Assembly (NCBI GenBank): GCA_050613775.1
Contig: JBODTK010000110.1
Coordinates: forward strand, 434,001 to 498,000
Origin: Neocallimastix sp. 'constans'
Lineage: Eukaryota
Reading direction: 5' to 3'
Length of the DNA stretch: 64,000 nucleotides
Position 1 is the stretch's first letter. Each line of letters opens with the position of its first letter. A model generated the notes under the pieces. That model was not told where the DNA came from. It made no database searches and saw only the letters and a program-made list of their open reading frames with translations. Positions 33,861-46,588 of this stretch are shown here, piece after piece. A program made the position numbers and the translations under genes.

Positions 33861-35330
33861 GTATATAGTAACTTCAATAGCTTTTTTAATTAAATTATTC
33901 CTATGTAATTAATGACTTTATTTAAAACAATTTACAGAATTTTAACCTAGTAAACATTTTTTATAAAAAAAAAAAAATAAAATAAAAATTAAAATTAAAA
34001 ATTAAAATTAATATTTTATTTATTTTTTTTAGTTTTAATTTATTTTTGAATAATTAAAATGGAAAAAAAAAATTTTTTTTTTATTACTTTAATTTTCCAT
34101 TTTTAATTAATATAATTCAATATTTTTTTTTATTTTAATGACTAAAAATTTTCCTTCATTTTATTTGGATAACTTTATTAACAATAAAAATTTTAATTTC
34201 TACTATTTATTATTATTCAATTATTCATTATTTATTATTCAATTATATATTATTTATTATTCAATTATTTATTATTTATTATTTATTATTTATTATTTAT
34301 TATTATTATTTATTATTTATTATTTATTATTTATTCAATTATTTAATTATTCAATTATTTATTATTTATTATTTATTATTTATTATTTATTATTTATTAT
34401 TTAATATTTATTAAAATTTATTTTATTTTATAATTTATATTGTGTTTATATTTTTATTCTTTGTATCTTTATAAAAAACAATATTTAATATTTTACAATA
34501 TTTATTATTTTATTTGATCGATGTATTTATATATATATATAGTATTTATTAAAAATAATTACGTTTAAAAGCAAAAAAAGGAAAAAAAAATTATATATTT
34601 ATATTTGTAAGGTTTGTTTAGATTGAGGTTCATGGTTCATATCGATGTCTAAATGACTAAATGAACTTCAAACAAAGCAAAGTAATCAAAATTTTAATAG
34701 AAGTTTGACATTTAACAAGGTAAAAACTTTATAAAGATTTTCCATCTTCTCATTTCTTTTCCCATTTTTTTAAAATTAAAAGACTAAGAAAGATATTTAA
34801 AAAAAAATTTTTTTTCTTTTAATATAATTTTTGAGAAGTAAATCATTTTTAAATTAATTAATAATTCTAATTCTATGTAATAAATTATTTTTAGTATATT
34901 TAAGTTTGTTAATATTAGAATTTATTAGGAATATTATAATATTAACTTAAATAATTATAAAATTATTCTCTCTTATTAATTTATCATATTAAATTTAAAT
35001 TCTTATTTTTTATTTTATAATCTAAAATTTAAATAATAAAATGAAATATTATAAAATATAATGAAACATAATAAAATATAATAAAATATAATAAAATATA
35101 ATAAAATATAATAAAATATAATAAAATATAATAAAATATAATGAAATATGAGTAATTATTAAAAAAATAATAAAAATAATAAAAATAATAAAAAATAAAA
35201 AAAAAAGGAGGTAATAACATGAAAATAAACACTAAAAAATAAAATTTGTGTAATTTCATAATTTTTAATTTTTGTCAATCTTTTTTTTTTTTTTAATTAT
35301 TTTTTGTGTAATTTACCGTTATATCTTCTT

Positions 35331-35362
<32 letters not shown>

Positions 35363-35831
35363 TTTTTTATTTATTATTATTATTTTTTTTATTATTTAAA
35401 CCTCTCCCTTATTATTATGATTATGATTTAGATTAAGATTATTATTATTGTTATTTATTATTTTTTTTTTTTTAAAAAAAATTTATGTAATATTGTTTTA
35501 AGTTAATTTAATTTTTATGTTTTTATGTCACACAATCTTTTTTTAATTTTCATTTCAAAAAATTAATATTTATGTATAAATCTTATTATTTATAATTTTT
35601 TTTTTTTTTTAATTTAGTGTCAATAATCATAAATCTTATTCAATTTTAATTTATTTTTATTATTATTTTTTTTTTAATTTAATCAATAGTAAATATTTGT
35701 TAATATTAATTAATATTAGAATTTCATGCACAAGCATAAAAAAAAATATAAAAACCCAAACTTTTCTCATATTCAAAAAATTATAATAATATTTTATATA
35801 GATTTAAAGTTATAAAATATAAAAATAGAAA

Positions 35832-37174
35832 ATGAAATCCTTATTATTTTTAAGTTTCATTTGTTTATTAATTGCTATTATTTCAGGTAAAGCTGTTGAA
35901 AACAGTGACTCTGAAGTAGAAGTTCAATTAGATTCAAACAACGACGTTCAAGAAGATTCTCAAGTTGAATCTCAATTAGTTAGAAAGTGAATATTAAATA
36001 AATTATTAATGGACTTTTAATAATTTTGATAATAATAATAAATGATAATTGTTGATAATAATAATAATAGTTAATATACAAAATGTTTAACTCTTAATTA
36101 TTCATTTTTAAATAAATATGAATATAGAGCCTTCAATTACAACAAACAACGTGATTTAGATGTATATTATGATGAAGCTTTAGTTGATGAAAAGAGACCA
36201 GTTATATTCCATGTCCACGGTGGTGGTTGGGCTGAAGGTAATATGAATTTTTTTTTTTTTTTGATAAAAACAAATTTAAAAAAACTTTTATATATAAAAT
36301 TAATAATAAATACAAATTATTATAAACGATATTAAATATTTTTTTTATTTTGTTTTATTTTACTTTATTTTTAATAAAAAATAAAAATAAAAAAAAAAAA
36401 CATTATTTAATAATATTATTATGATATTATGGTTAAATATTTTTAGGTAGCAAGGAAGACGAAATTTACATTGGCGAATTTTTACAAAATAATAATTTCG
36501 TTGTTGTTGCTATAAATTACAGACTTTATCCAGAAACTGAAAATATTGATGATATGGTTGAAGATGTCTACAATGCTCTTCAATGGACTATTAAGAACAT
36601 TTACAAGTACGGTGGTGATGAAAAACAAATAACTCTTATGGGTCACTCTGCTGGAGCTCATCTTATCACTTTAACCACTGTTAAAGCTACTCTTAAAATG
36701 AAGGTTAATGGAATCCAATTAAAGCCATATCACGTTAAGCATTTAATTTCAATCAACGGTCCACATGAGTTTAATAATACTTATGAAGAATATTTAGCAT
36801 CTGCTGAACAAATGAGAGAAATTAGTAAACTTGCTCCAGAACTTGCTTTCCTTGCTAATTATGCTGGAGCTCAAGAACATTGCTTTGCTGGTAAGACTGG
36901 TTATGACCAAGTTAAAATCTTAAAAGAATATAAAGATAAGTCTATTAAATTCCTTGGTTCTGAAAAATTCACCTTCATTGAATGTGAAAATGATACTACT
37001 GTTGTATTAGGTTCAGCTGATCCAATGATTGAACAAATTAACCGTACTGTTAAGCAAGTTAAAATTGATCATAAGATCTACCCAGGTGATCATATGGGAG
37101 TTCTTGATAGAATTAAGGATGCTGACCCAGAAATGATAAAGGAAGTTCTTAGCATTATTAATTCTGTATATTAA
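35832..37174 (+). CDS. Secreted alpha/beta-hydrolase (HGGG-type carboxylesterase/lipase), 3 exons (35832-35986, 36128-36237, 36447-37174)
   Basis: Signal-peptide-like MKSLLFLSFICLLIAIISGKA; LDVY...PVIFHVHGGGWAEGS; NYRLYP; nucleophile motif LMGHSAGAHL; candidate catalytic Asp (ENDTTV) and His (GDHMG). Confidence 0.92.
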
Positions 37175-37785
37175 TTATTATAAATGTTTTGTAATATATA
37201 TTTAAACATTTATATTTTATTATATATACATGCTTTTGACAATATATAAATAAGTTTAAATCTATTAAAATATATAATATATGCTAAAGATTTTAAAGAT
37301 ATTTATGAAATATATATATATATAAATAGAATTAAGATAACTTCAAAATATTTATAAAGAAAAAAAAATAGAATTAAAATGAAATTAAACTATTTATTAA
37401 AAAAAAAAAAAAAAAAAATAGAATTTAAAAAAAAAAAACAATAGAATTTAAAAAAAAAAAAAATAAAAATAAAATTTCAATAAATTTAAAATAAAATTAA
37501 ATTAAAAAAAAAAATAAAAAAAAAAAAAGTTTCAATAGATTTGAAATAAAATTAAAATAAAATTATAAAAAAATTTAAAATAAAAATTAAATAAAATATA
37601 ATAAAGTTAATATAAAGTAAAATTGAAGAATTAGTAATTTTTTTTTATTTATTTATTTGTTTTAAATTACTATGGCATTATTTCCAAATTCCCCAGAGAT
37701 TTTTTAATTTAGTATTTAATTTTATTTATAATTATTAATTTATTAATAATAATTGATATAATATGATTTATTGAGAATTATAAAT

Positions 37786-38002
37786 CGACGTTGTACAAAT
37801 AAGGAAAAGAAAAAATTCTGATATAGATTCTAATGGTGGTTCTAATTCAAACGGAGTTATCATTGATGAATGAGGCTCGTTATGAAATAGATTTTTCAAT
37901 ATTAATTTAGTTTCATGTATTTTTTTTTTTTTTTTTTATAATTTATTTTATATTATTATATTCATGTAATTCTTATTAAATATTAAATAAAGTTATACCT
38001 AG

Positions 38003-38034
<32 letters not shown>
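37786..38034 (+). mobile_element. 5'-truncated LINE insertion with poly(A) tail and 13-bp TSD
   Basis: TSD GAGAATTATAAAT at 37773-37785 and 38035-38047; ORF end DVVQIRKRKNSDIDSNGGSNSNGVIIDE* (TGA 37871-37873); 3' end AATAAAGTTATACCTAGTCTT(A)28. Confidence 0.85.
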
Positions 38035-38039
<5 letters not shown>

Positions 38040-38079
38040 TTATAAATTAATGCTTTATAATAATTATATAAAATTATCA

Positions 38080-38790
38080 TGAAAGATTGGAAAATAAAGA
38101 TTCTATAAAAAATTGTCACTAAAAAAGAATTTCAGACGATGCTTTTTCTCATGAAATTATTAGACTAGAACAAGTTTTGGTTTTAACAATAAAGAATAAT
38201 GTATTAGCTTATTTGTCTCCATTCATGAAATTTACCAAAGAAGGAAATTTTAATGATCCTCTCTTAAAAACCTTTTTTAAATAAAGCTCAATGAAATGAC
38301 TGCTGGAATTAGTAAACAATCCACACTTGTTGTTAAAATAAAGAACTTTTATACCTTCAATACATTATGAAAATCCAACATTTAAGCTTGGCATGAACCA
38401 TCTTACAGAGTACTAATCAATATACATATGTACCTTTCAATGAATCATTGTATTTAAAGACAATTATTTTGCTAAGATAAATAAGTAAAAAATAATATAC
38501 CGTTAATTTTTTCTTTAGAATTTTAACTAATAGGAAACGTACCTTTCTATTTTAAAGTTTGTATTCTAGTTTCCTTTATGCACCTTTTAACTAGGATGAA
38601 GATAAAAAGAACACGGAAAAGAATTTTTAAGGGTGTCTTTTTTTGTATTATTTCTCATTTAATTAAAAAAAAAAAAAATATTTCAACACTTTCACAAAAT
38701 TCATAGATGAAAAAGCACATAAATCAACAATATACAAACATAATAATAAACTTTTTAAAGAAATATTAAAGTTTTACAGGGAAAATGTTC
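38080..38790 (+). pseudogene. Decayed coding-like segment, probably an LTR-retrotransposon relic
   Basis: Higher-complexity sequence with short broken frames. It ends in AAGTTTTACAGGGAAAATGTT, nearly the same PPT/LTR junction as after the copia RNase H at 59104-59123 (minus). No diagnostic protein motif recognised. Confidence 0.35.
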
Positions 38791-38928
38791 ATTATTCAAG
38801 TTCCTCCTACGATTAGATCAATTAAATATACGAAATTTAAATTTGATTTTAAAAAATTTTTATTTAATGCTTAACATTAAAATATTTATAATTATCTCTT
38901 TTTTTTTTTTTTTTTAATAAATAATATA

Positions 38929-38951
38929 AATAAAGTTCATTTCTTGTCTAG

Positions 38952-38984
<33 letters not shown>
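38929..38984 (+). mobile_element. Diverged LINE 3' tip plus poly(A)
   Basis: AATAAAGTTCATTTCTTGTCTAG(A)n resembles AATAAAGTTATACCTAGTCTT(A)n at 37986-38034. Confidence 0.4.
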
Positions 38985-38986
<2 letters not shown>

Positions 38987-40061
38987 AAAGAGGAAGAATT
39001 TATGGACGCCGCACTATCAAATTTAATATTTCTATTTTAGTAGAAATGATTTGAATTCACATCATAATTTCTTTTAAATTTTTCCATAATATTTATATTT
39101 CATTAATATATATTTTTTTCTCATATAATAGTTTATTTTTAATTTTATTGTCAGTAATTTTGTTAATAACTTTGTTTTATTTAAATTATTTTTATACATT
39201 TTTCATGTAAATTTTTAATACTTCATTTTTTCTTAGTGTTGAAAAATTTTAATAAAATCCAAAAATATTAATATATGTCATATTAATTAGAAAAAATAAT
39301 TATTAAAGAAAAATAAATAAAAATAAATAAAAAAATTTTTTTTTTTTTCCATTTAATATTATTTTAATATATTTATAATGAAATTAATCCTTCAAAAATT
39401 TTTAATATTTTCTAAATAGAGTAATAAAAAAATATGCCGCATCAAATAATTTTTGACAAAAACGTGCATTTACTCTAACTGCATGTTGAGTATCATTTCA
39501 ACTATTAATATCTGTACAATTAAACTCTTAATATAAATATATAAATATCTATATCTATATCTATATTCATTTTATTTTATTTTATTTTATTCAATCTTTA
39601 TTTGATAATTATAGTCTACTATTTATTTTATTTTATAATATTTTATTTTATTCAATCTACACTTTATATTTAATATTCTACTATTTATTTTATTTTATTT
39701 TTCATTCTATTATTTATTTCATATGTTTACTGATTCTTCGTGTATAAATAATTTAGTTAAAGTAATGCTCTATTAACGTATAGCTCATAATTTTTTTTTT
39801 TTTTTTTTTTTTTTAAATATATAATTATGGAACTAATTTTTTATTTTTTATTTTATTTTATTTTTGGAGAGATAAATTAATTCTAATATATTTTAGTGCT
39901 ATGATGTATTTTTGATAAAGTAATACCTTTTTACCCCTATTTTTAATATTTTTAAATAATTGTATATAATATTTAATTTTTAAATATATTTTAAGTATTA
40001 ATAAATTAAAATTTTATATTTGCATTTTAAATTTTAAATATTTATATATATATGTATATAT

Positions 40062-40235
40062 ATATATAAAGAAATAAATTTTAAAAAAATATATATAAAT
40101 ATATAAAGAAATAAAATTTAAATATATAAATATATATAAAGAAATAAATTTTATATAAATATATAAAGAAATAAATTTTAAATATATATATATATATAAA
40201 GAAATAAATTTTATATAAATATATAAAGAAATAAA
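40062..40235. repeat. Imperfect minisatellite with core ATATATAAAGAAATAAATTTT, about 6 copies
   Basis: Read directly from the sequence. Confidence 0.75.
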
Positions 40236-40607
40236 TAATTTTTAATGTTAAAAATAGTACAATATTAAAAGGATTTTATATTATATTTTTTATTTTATAT
40301 ATTATATTAAATTTTTTTTATTTCACTTTAAATGTAATTTTTAATTACAATATATATATATATCTATTATATGCAAACTTAATTTAAAATTAATACTAAT
40401 CATCTTAATAATACTACTAAAAATAACAATATTTATACATATATATATTAATATTATATTTTCTATTTTAATATAAATTTATAATTATTGTTTTATTTTA
40501 TTATATTTGTATTTTTTATTTATTATTATTATTTTATATATATATATATAATATTTATTTTTTTAATTTTTCAATTTTTTTTTTTAATTTTATTTTTATT
40601 TTTATTT

Positions 40608-42800
40608 TTATTTTTTAATTTTATTCATTAATTTTTTGATATAGTTATTGGCATAAGTATTTTTTTCATTTAAAACTTTAAAAATTAGATCTATATTTGT
40701 ATCATCACGTTTTTCTTTATCTGTTTCTATTTTCTTTTTAAGTTCATTAAATTCTTGATGGAGTGCTTCTATCTGATTATTATGTTTCTTATTCAATTCC
40801 GAACTATTTTTTTTGTATTCCTGAGTGGTTAATTCTAATGCTTCATTTAACTTATTAATTTGATAGGTGGACGCATTATTCATACTTTTATTGTAAAGTC
40901 GTTCCTTATAGAGTTCTAATTCTAATTCACGTATCTTTTTCAAATATTCCTTTTCAGTTTGGTAGAGATATTCGTCACTTTTAAGCATAAATTGTTGTAT
41001 GTTGTGTTGATTTTTTTCATTAGTTCTACTGACAGCTTTTTGTAATTTTTGAAATTTTGATTTTAACAACTCTGAATGGGTACGTTCCTTTTGTAGTTGT
41101 TGATAGAGTTGTTGTATTTTATCATCCTTATTTTTGCTTTCTTGACTTAATTCTTTAATTTGTGTCGTTAGACGAGAATAAACTTCAGATGAAGAGGTCT
41201 TAGTATTATTAGTATCATTAGTTTCCTTGGTTGATTTTAATGATGGTTCCGTTTTTATATGCATATTAATAATGGGTTGATCATCTTTATAGGTTTGAAT
41301 TATATTAATGGTATCTTTTCCCCTATAAATTGATTGTGATTGCAATTGTGATTGCGATTGTGATTGTGAATGAATTTGAGATGATGAAGAGGAAAGAGGT
41401 TCATTTGAATTTGTTGAAATAATAGTTCCTATTGATTCCATTTTAGAATCTGCCGTTGTAGATACAGTAGATGGAGCAGTAGTAGCAGTAGTAGTAGCAT
41501 TAGTAATTATTATTGTTTCTTGCATTGCCAGAGAATTTTCATTATTATTATCGTTGTTATTATTATTATTATTGTTAACATCATTATCAATGGATTTATT
41601 AGAATTAATTTGATATGAATAAATATGGCTACCACTTGTAGTATCTTGATCATGATAACTTTTATTAAGTATATCATCTTTTATTTTTTTCTTTTTATTT
41701 TTTTGTACTGTTTTTTGACTTTCAGAATTTTCATCATTCAAAAATACAACATTATTTTTAGTGATTTCAGATGCAGTATCTGTATCAGCTAATGATAATG
41801 ATGATGAAGATGAAGATGAAATGATTGAAGTTGCTGTTGGTTGAAAACTTCCAGTTGTAGATGTATCCATTGTAATTATAGATTTTGAATCTTTAAGATT
41901 AAGTTGATTTTTTACTTCTTTCCATTTTTTAGAAAATTTTTTCATAATTAATTTCTTTTGTGCCTTGTATTTCTGATATTCCTCGGCATTAGGAAAATCA
42001 TGAATAGTCATTGATAAATCACTATCACTGATGGAAAGTGAGGATAAAAAATTTATATTTTTATTAGAATGAGTGGATTCCATGCTAGTACTTTTATTAT
42101 CATTGATATTTCCATTTCTACTTCCTTTTCCATTTTTTAATATACTTTTCCCCCTTTTTATGGATTTAGATTCAGAGATAGTGGTTGGTAAATGCTCATT
42201 TAAATGATCTTCTTCCATTATTGTTATAGTTAATTTATTATTAGCATTATCATTGGAATTAGAATTGGTATTGAAGTCTGAATTATTTTTTTTACGATTA
42301 TTACTTTTTTTTTTATTTTTATTTAATGATTTGGTATTATCTAGTTGATTTGATGTAGTATTATGATAATGATGATGATGATGATGATTACCATTAGAAT
42401 AATAACGTTTTATACTTTCATTAACACTACTATTTAAAATTTCATTATTAATAACTGGATTTCTAGTCCTTCTTTGTGTGGTATACTTTTCATTCACGAA
42501 ATCATTTTCATCATTATCATTATCATTATCATCATCATCATCATCATCATCATCATTATAATAATAATTATCATTATCTTCATCTTTATCGTTATCATTG
42601 ATTTCAAAATCATTATCATTATCCTCATAATAATCATTATATTCAATATCATAATTCTCATCGCTTTCATCATTATCATCATCATCCTCGTCATCTTCTA
42701 TTCCACTAATTGTTTTTGATGAACGAATATGAGAAATTGATGATAAATTATCATTTAAATTTTTTATTTTTTTACCTATTTTTAAACTTATAGTAGTTCC

Positions 42801-42851
<51 letters not shown>

Positions 42852-43566
42852 GTTTTTCTTTTTGATATTAAGGGATGATTTATAATCCTTTTTTGATAAA
42901 GGATCATAATTGCTGGAAGAGAGGGATTTTAGATCAGCTAATAATTGATCTTGTTCATTTTTATTGGTGATGGTACTATTGGGTAGGGATGAATTTGTTT
43001 TATTATCTTTATTAAAATCTGACTTATCTGGTACGGATATATAGGTCATTTGATCTCCACCAGATATGGTAGAAAAGCCAATATTATTATCCATATTTTC
43101 AGAATCTATGAATACTCCTGTCTCTGTAGGTTCATTAAAATTAGAACAGGAAGATTTAGAAAGTTTTGAATTTAAATCTTTTAATTTTTCAATTTCCATT
43201 AAAAGTTTATTTTTGGCAATTAGTGATTTCATTGTACTTTGTGAGGATATACCAGAAAGAGAATAATGAGAAGATGCTGTAGGATTAATGGAAGAGATCG
43301 TACTCTTTGTGATGGATTTCTTTTCATTTTCATTTTTATTCTTCCTTTTTTTATGAGTTGAATTCAATCTATTGCTATTTTTATTTTTTTTAGTTTTATA
43401 AGAAGTAATGGTATTGATATTACTTGGTAAAGAAATAGATACACGACTTGAATTGGAATTAAACTTATTTTTTTTATTACTGGATTCATCATTATAAATA
43501 CTTTCCATTTGACTGGTATTTTGAAATTCATTTTCATCATTAATATCATCATCATCATCATCATCA

Positions 43567-43598
<32 letters not shown>

Positions 43599-44453
43599 TT
43601 CATCATTTTCTTCATCATCATCATCATCATTATTATTATTATTATTATTATTTTCATCATTTTCTTCTTCATCATCTTCTTCATCGTAATAATCCTCATC
43701 ATTATTTTTATTATTATTCTCTTCTTCTTCTTCTTCTTCATTAGAACTTTCGACTTCTATACCTCTACTTTTTTTTAAAAGTTTTTTAAATTTTTTTATG
43801 TAGCTATGACTACTGGAACTGATGATTGAATTAAAATCTGTTTCAATAAAATAATGACTACTATAATCTTTATCATTATTGGTAGTACTTTGATAATTAC
43901 TCATTCTATTTTTACTATAATCATGATCATCATTGTCATCCTCATCCTCATCATAAACACCTTTATATTCTTTACCATAATTATATATATCCTCATCCTC
44001 ATCATTCTCATCATCATCATCATCATCATCATCATTAAATAAAAAATCGGTTGATAATTTAGATATTTTACTTTTAAAATCATCACTTTGAATGGTTCTA
44101 CTGGGAAAACTATTACTAATTTTTGAAGAAAAAGATTGATTTGATGATAAAAATTTATTAATTTCTGATTCAATTAATTGATTATATTCATTTTTTGAAA
44201 TGGTATAAGGATTTTTATCAAGGGAGACACCTGAAGAATAATAACTTATGCTATTATTATTATTATTATTATTATCATTCCTATTTTGATGACTGTATGT
44301 ATCTATATTGGTTATAGTATCTGTAGTATAACTGATAGCATAGTTATCAATTTTATTACCTGTTATTCCATCATTACTACTTTCATTATTATAATTTATT
44401 TTTGAAATTAAATAATTATCATCTGGTAATAAGTCTATATATTCAGAATTCAT
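40608..44453 (-). CDS. Uncharacterised 1281-aa low-complexity (N/D/E/S-rich) protein with a C-terminal coiled coil
   Basis: 3.8-kb stop-free ORF in DNA where stops are otherwise very frequent; heptad-like C-terminal ~190 aa (LTTQIKELSQESKNKDDKIQQLYQQLQKER...). Confidence 0.8.
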
Positions 44454-44510
44454 TTTTTTTTTTCTTTATTCTAATTTTTTTTATTCTTTATTTATTTATT
44501 TATTAATTTT

Positions 44511-44554
<44 letters not shown>

Positions 44555-44663
44555 TATATTGTATTTTTAAATTCTTAATTCTTTATTCATTAAATAAATC
44601 TTTATACATTTATTTTTTTTGTATTTTTTATATTGTATAAATTTATTATTTGACAATTTATTG

Positions 44664-44701
<38 letters not shown>

Positions 44702-44812
44702 GAAAAAATAGGTAAAATATATATTCTATTTATTCTTATTAAACTTTTTTTTTTTTTTCAATCAAAATTAATTAATGAATTTAACTTTAAAATGATATGA
44801 GCAGCAACAGCA

Positions 44813-44844
<32 letters not shown>

Positions 44845-44944
44845 AATTATTTAATTTATTTAAAAATTAAATTACATAAAATATAAAGAATTTATTATTA
44901 TTAAACATATAAATCAAGTTATTTATTATTCAAATAAAATAATT

Positions 44945-45020
<76 letters not shown>

Positions 45021-45393
45021 TATAAAAATAATTAATTATTATTTTCTATTAATATAATTTTTTTTGTGTTTTTTATTTTTTTAATTTTTTTCAATTTATA
45101 TTATAATTTTTTTTTTTTTTTTTTTTTTTTTTTTGCATAAAAAAAATAAAAAAGTAAACAAAATTTTTAATTAAAATTTAACTTTTAAAAGTTTATTAAT
45201 CAAAAAATTAATAAAAAAATAATATATATACAGATTACTTTATTATTTATTACTTATTATTATTATTATTATTATTATTTTTTTTTATTTTAATATATAT
45301 CTATATTTGATTTAGTCATTAACATTCAATATTTAATTTTCAATATTTAGTTTTCTTTAATTAACATTTAAATATTTAAAGTATACCCCTACC

Positions 45394-45427
<34 letters not shown>

Positions 45428-45622
45428 AATTGAAAATTATATATATATATATACAATATTTTTATATATAAATATATTTTTTTTTTCGGTTTTAATTTTA
45501 TTATTACTATTAAGTAATAAATTAATAGTTTAATAAACATTTTAAATAAAAAATCATAAAAATAATAATATAATCAAATAAAAAATATATATATATTACT
45601 ATAAAAAAAAAAAAAAAAAAAA

Positions 45623-45698
<76 letters not shown>

Positions 45699-46000
45699 TA
45701 CATATAAAATATATAAATATATATATATAATACTTTAATAGAGAAAAAAAAAGGAATGAAATATAAATTTTTTTTTTCTATATTTTTTTTTATTTAAATA
45801 TTTAAAATATATTTATAATTTTTATGTCTATTAATTCGTTTTTTTTTTTTTTAAAAAAAAACACTCTTTAGAAAAATATATATATATATATGAATTAAAA
45901 AAAAAAGTTTTATAAATAATTTTTTTATAAAAAAAAAAAACTTTTTTTTTCTTTGGAATATAAATAAATAGTTTCTATAAGAAAATTTATAAATAATGTA

Positions 46001-46031
<31 letters not shown>

Positions 46032-46270
46032 CTAAAAATAAAACTAATAATAAATTATTATAAAAGATTAAAGACATTTCTGAGTAAATCAATATGTAAT
46101 ATTAATAATTAAAATTATATATAAAGAAAAAAAAGAATATATAATAAAATAATAATAATAATAATAAAAAAAAAGAATAAATAAAATAAAGGAAATATAT
46201 TATATATTAAAAATTAAATTATAATAGATTTTTTTTTTAAAAAAAAAATAAAAATAATAATATGTTTAGT

Positions 46271-46541
46271 TTAATCAAGATTGAATTTTATACTGTGGGA
46301 TTGTAAATCAATTTTTCCTCCTCTATATGAACCTCTCTTTTTCTTATTCTTTTCATTACGGAAACCTTTACCACGAGTAACAATTAAATCTCTATGAGCC
46401 TTTTCACCATAAGAACCTATAGCACCACCCTTTTTTATTTATTATAATTATAATTATTATTATTATTATTATTTAATATTTTAAATTAATTAAAAAAAAT
46501 TCATAAAAACTTTTATTAATGGAAATCTATTATTTTTATTA

Positions 46542-46588
<47 letters not shown>

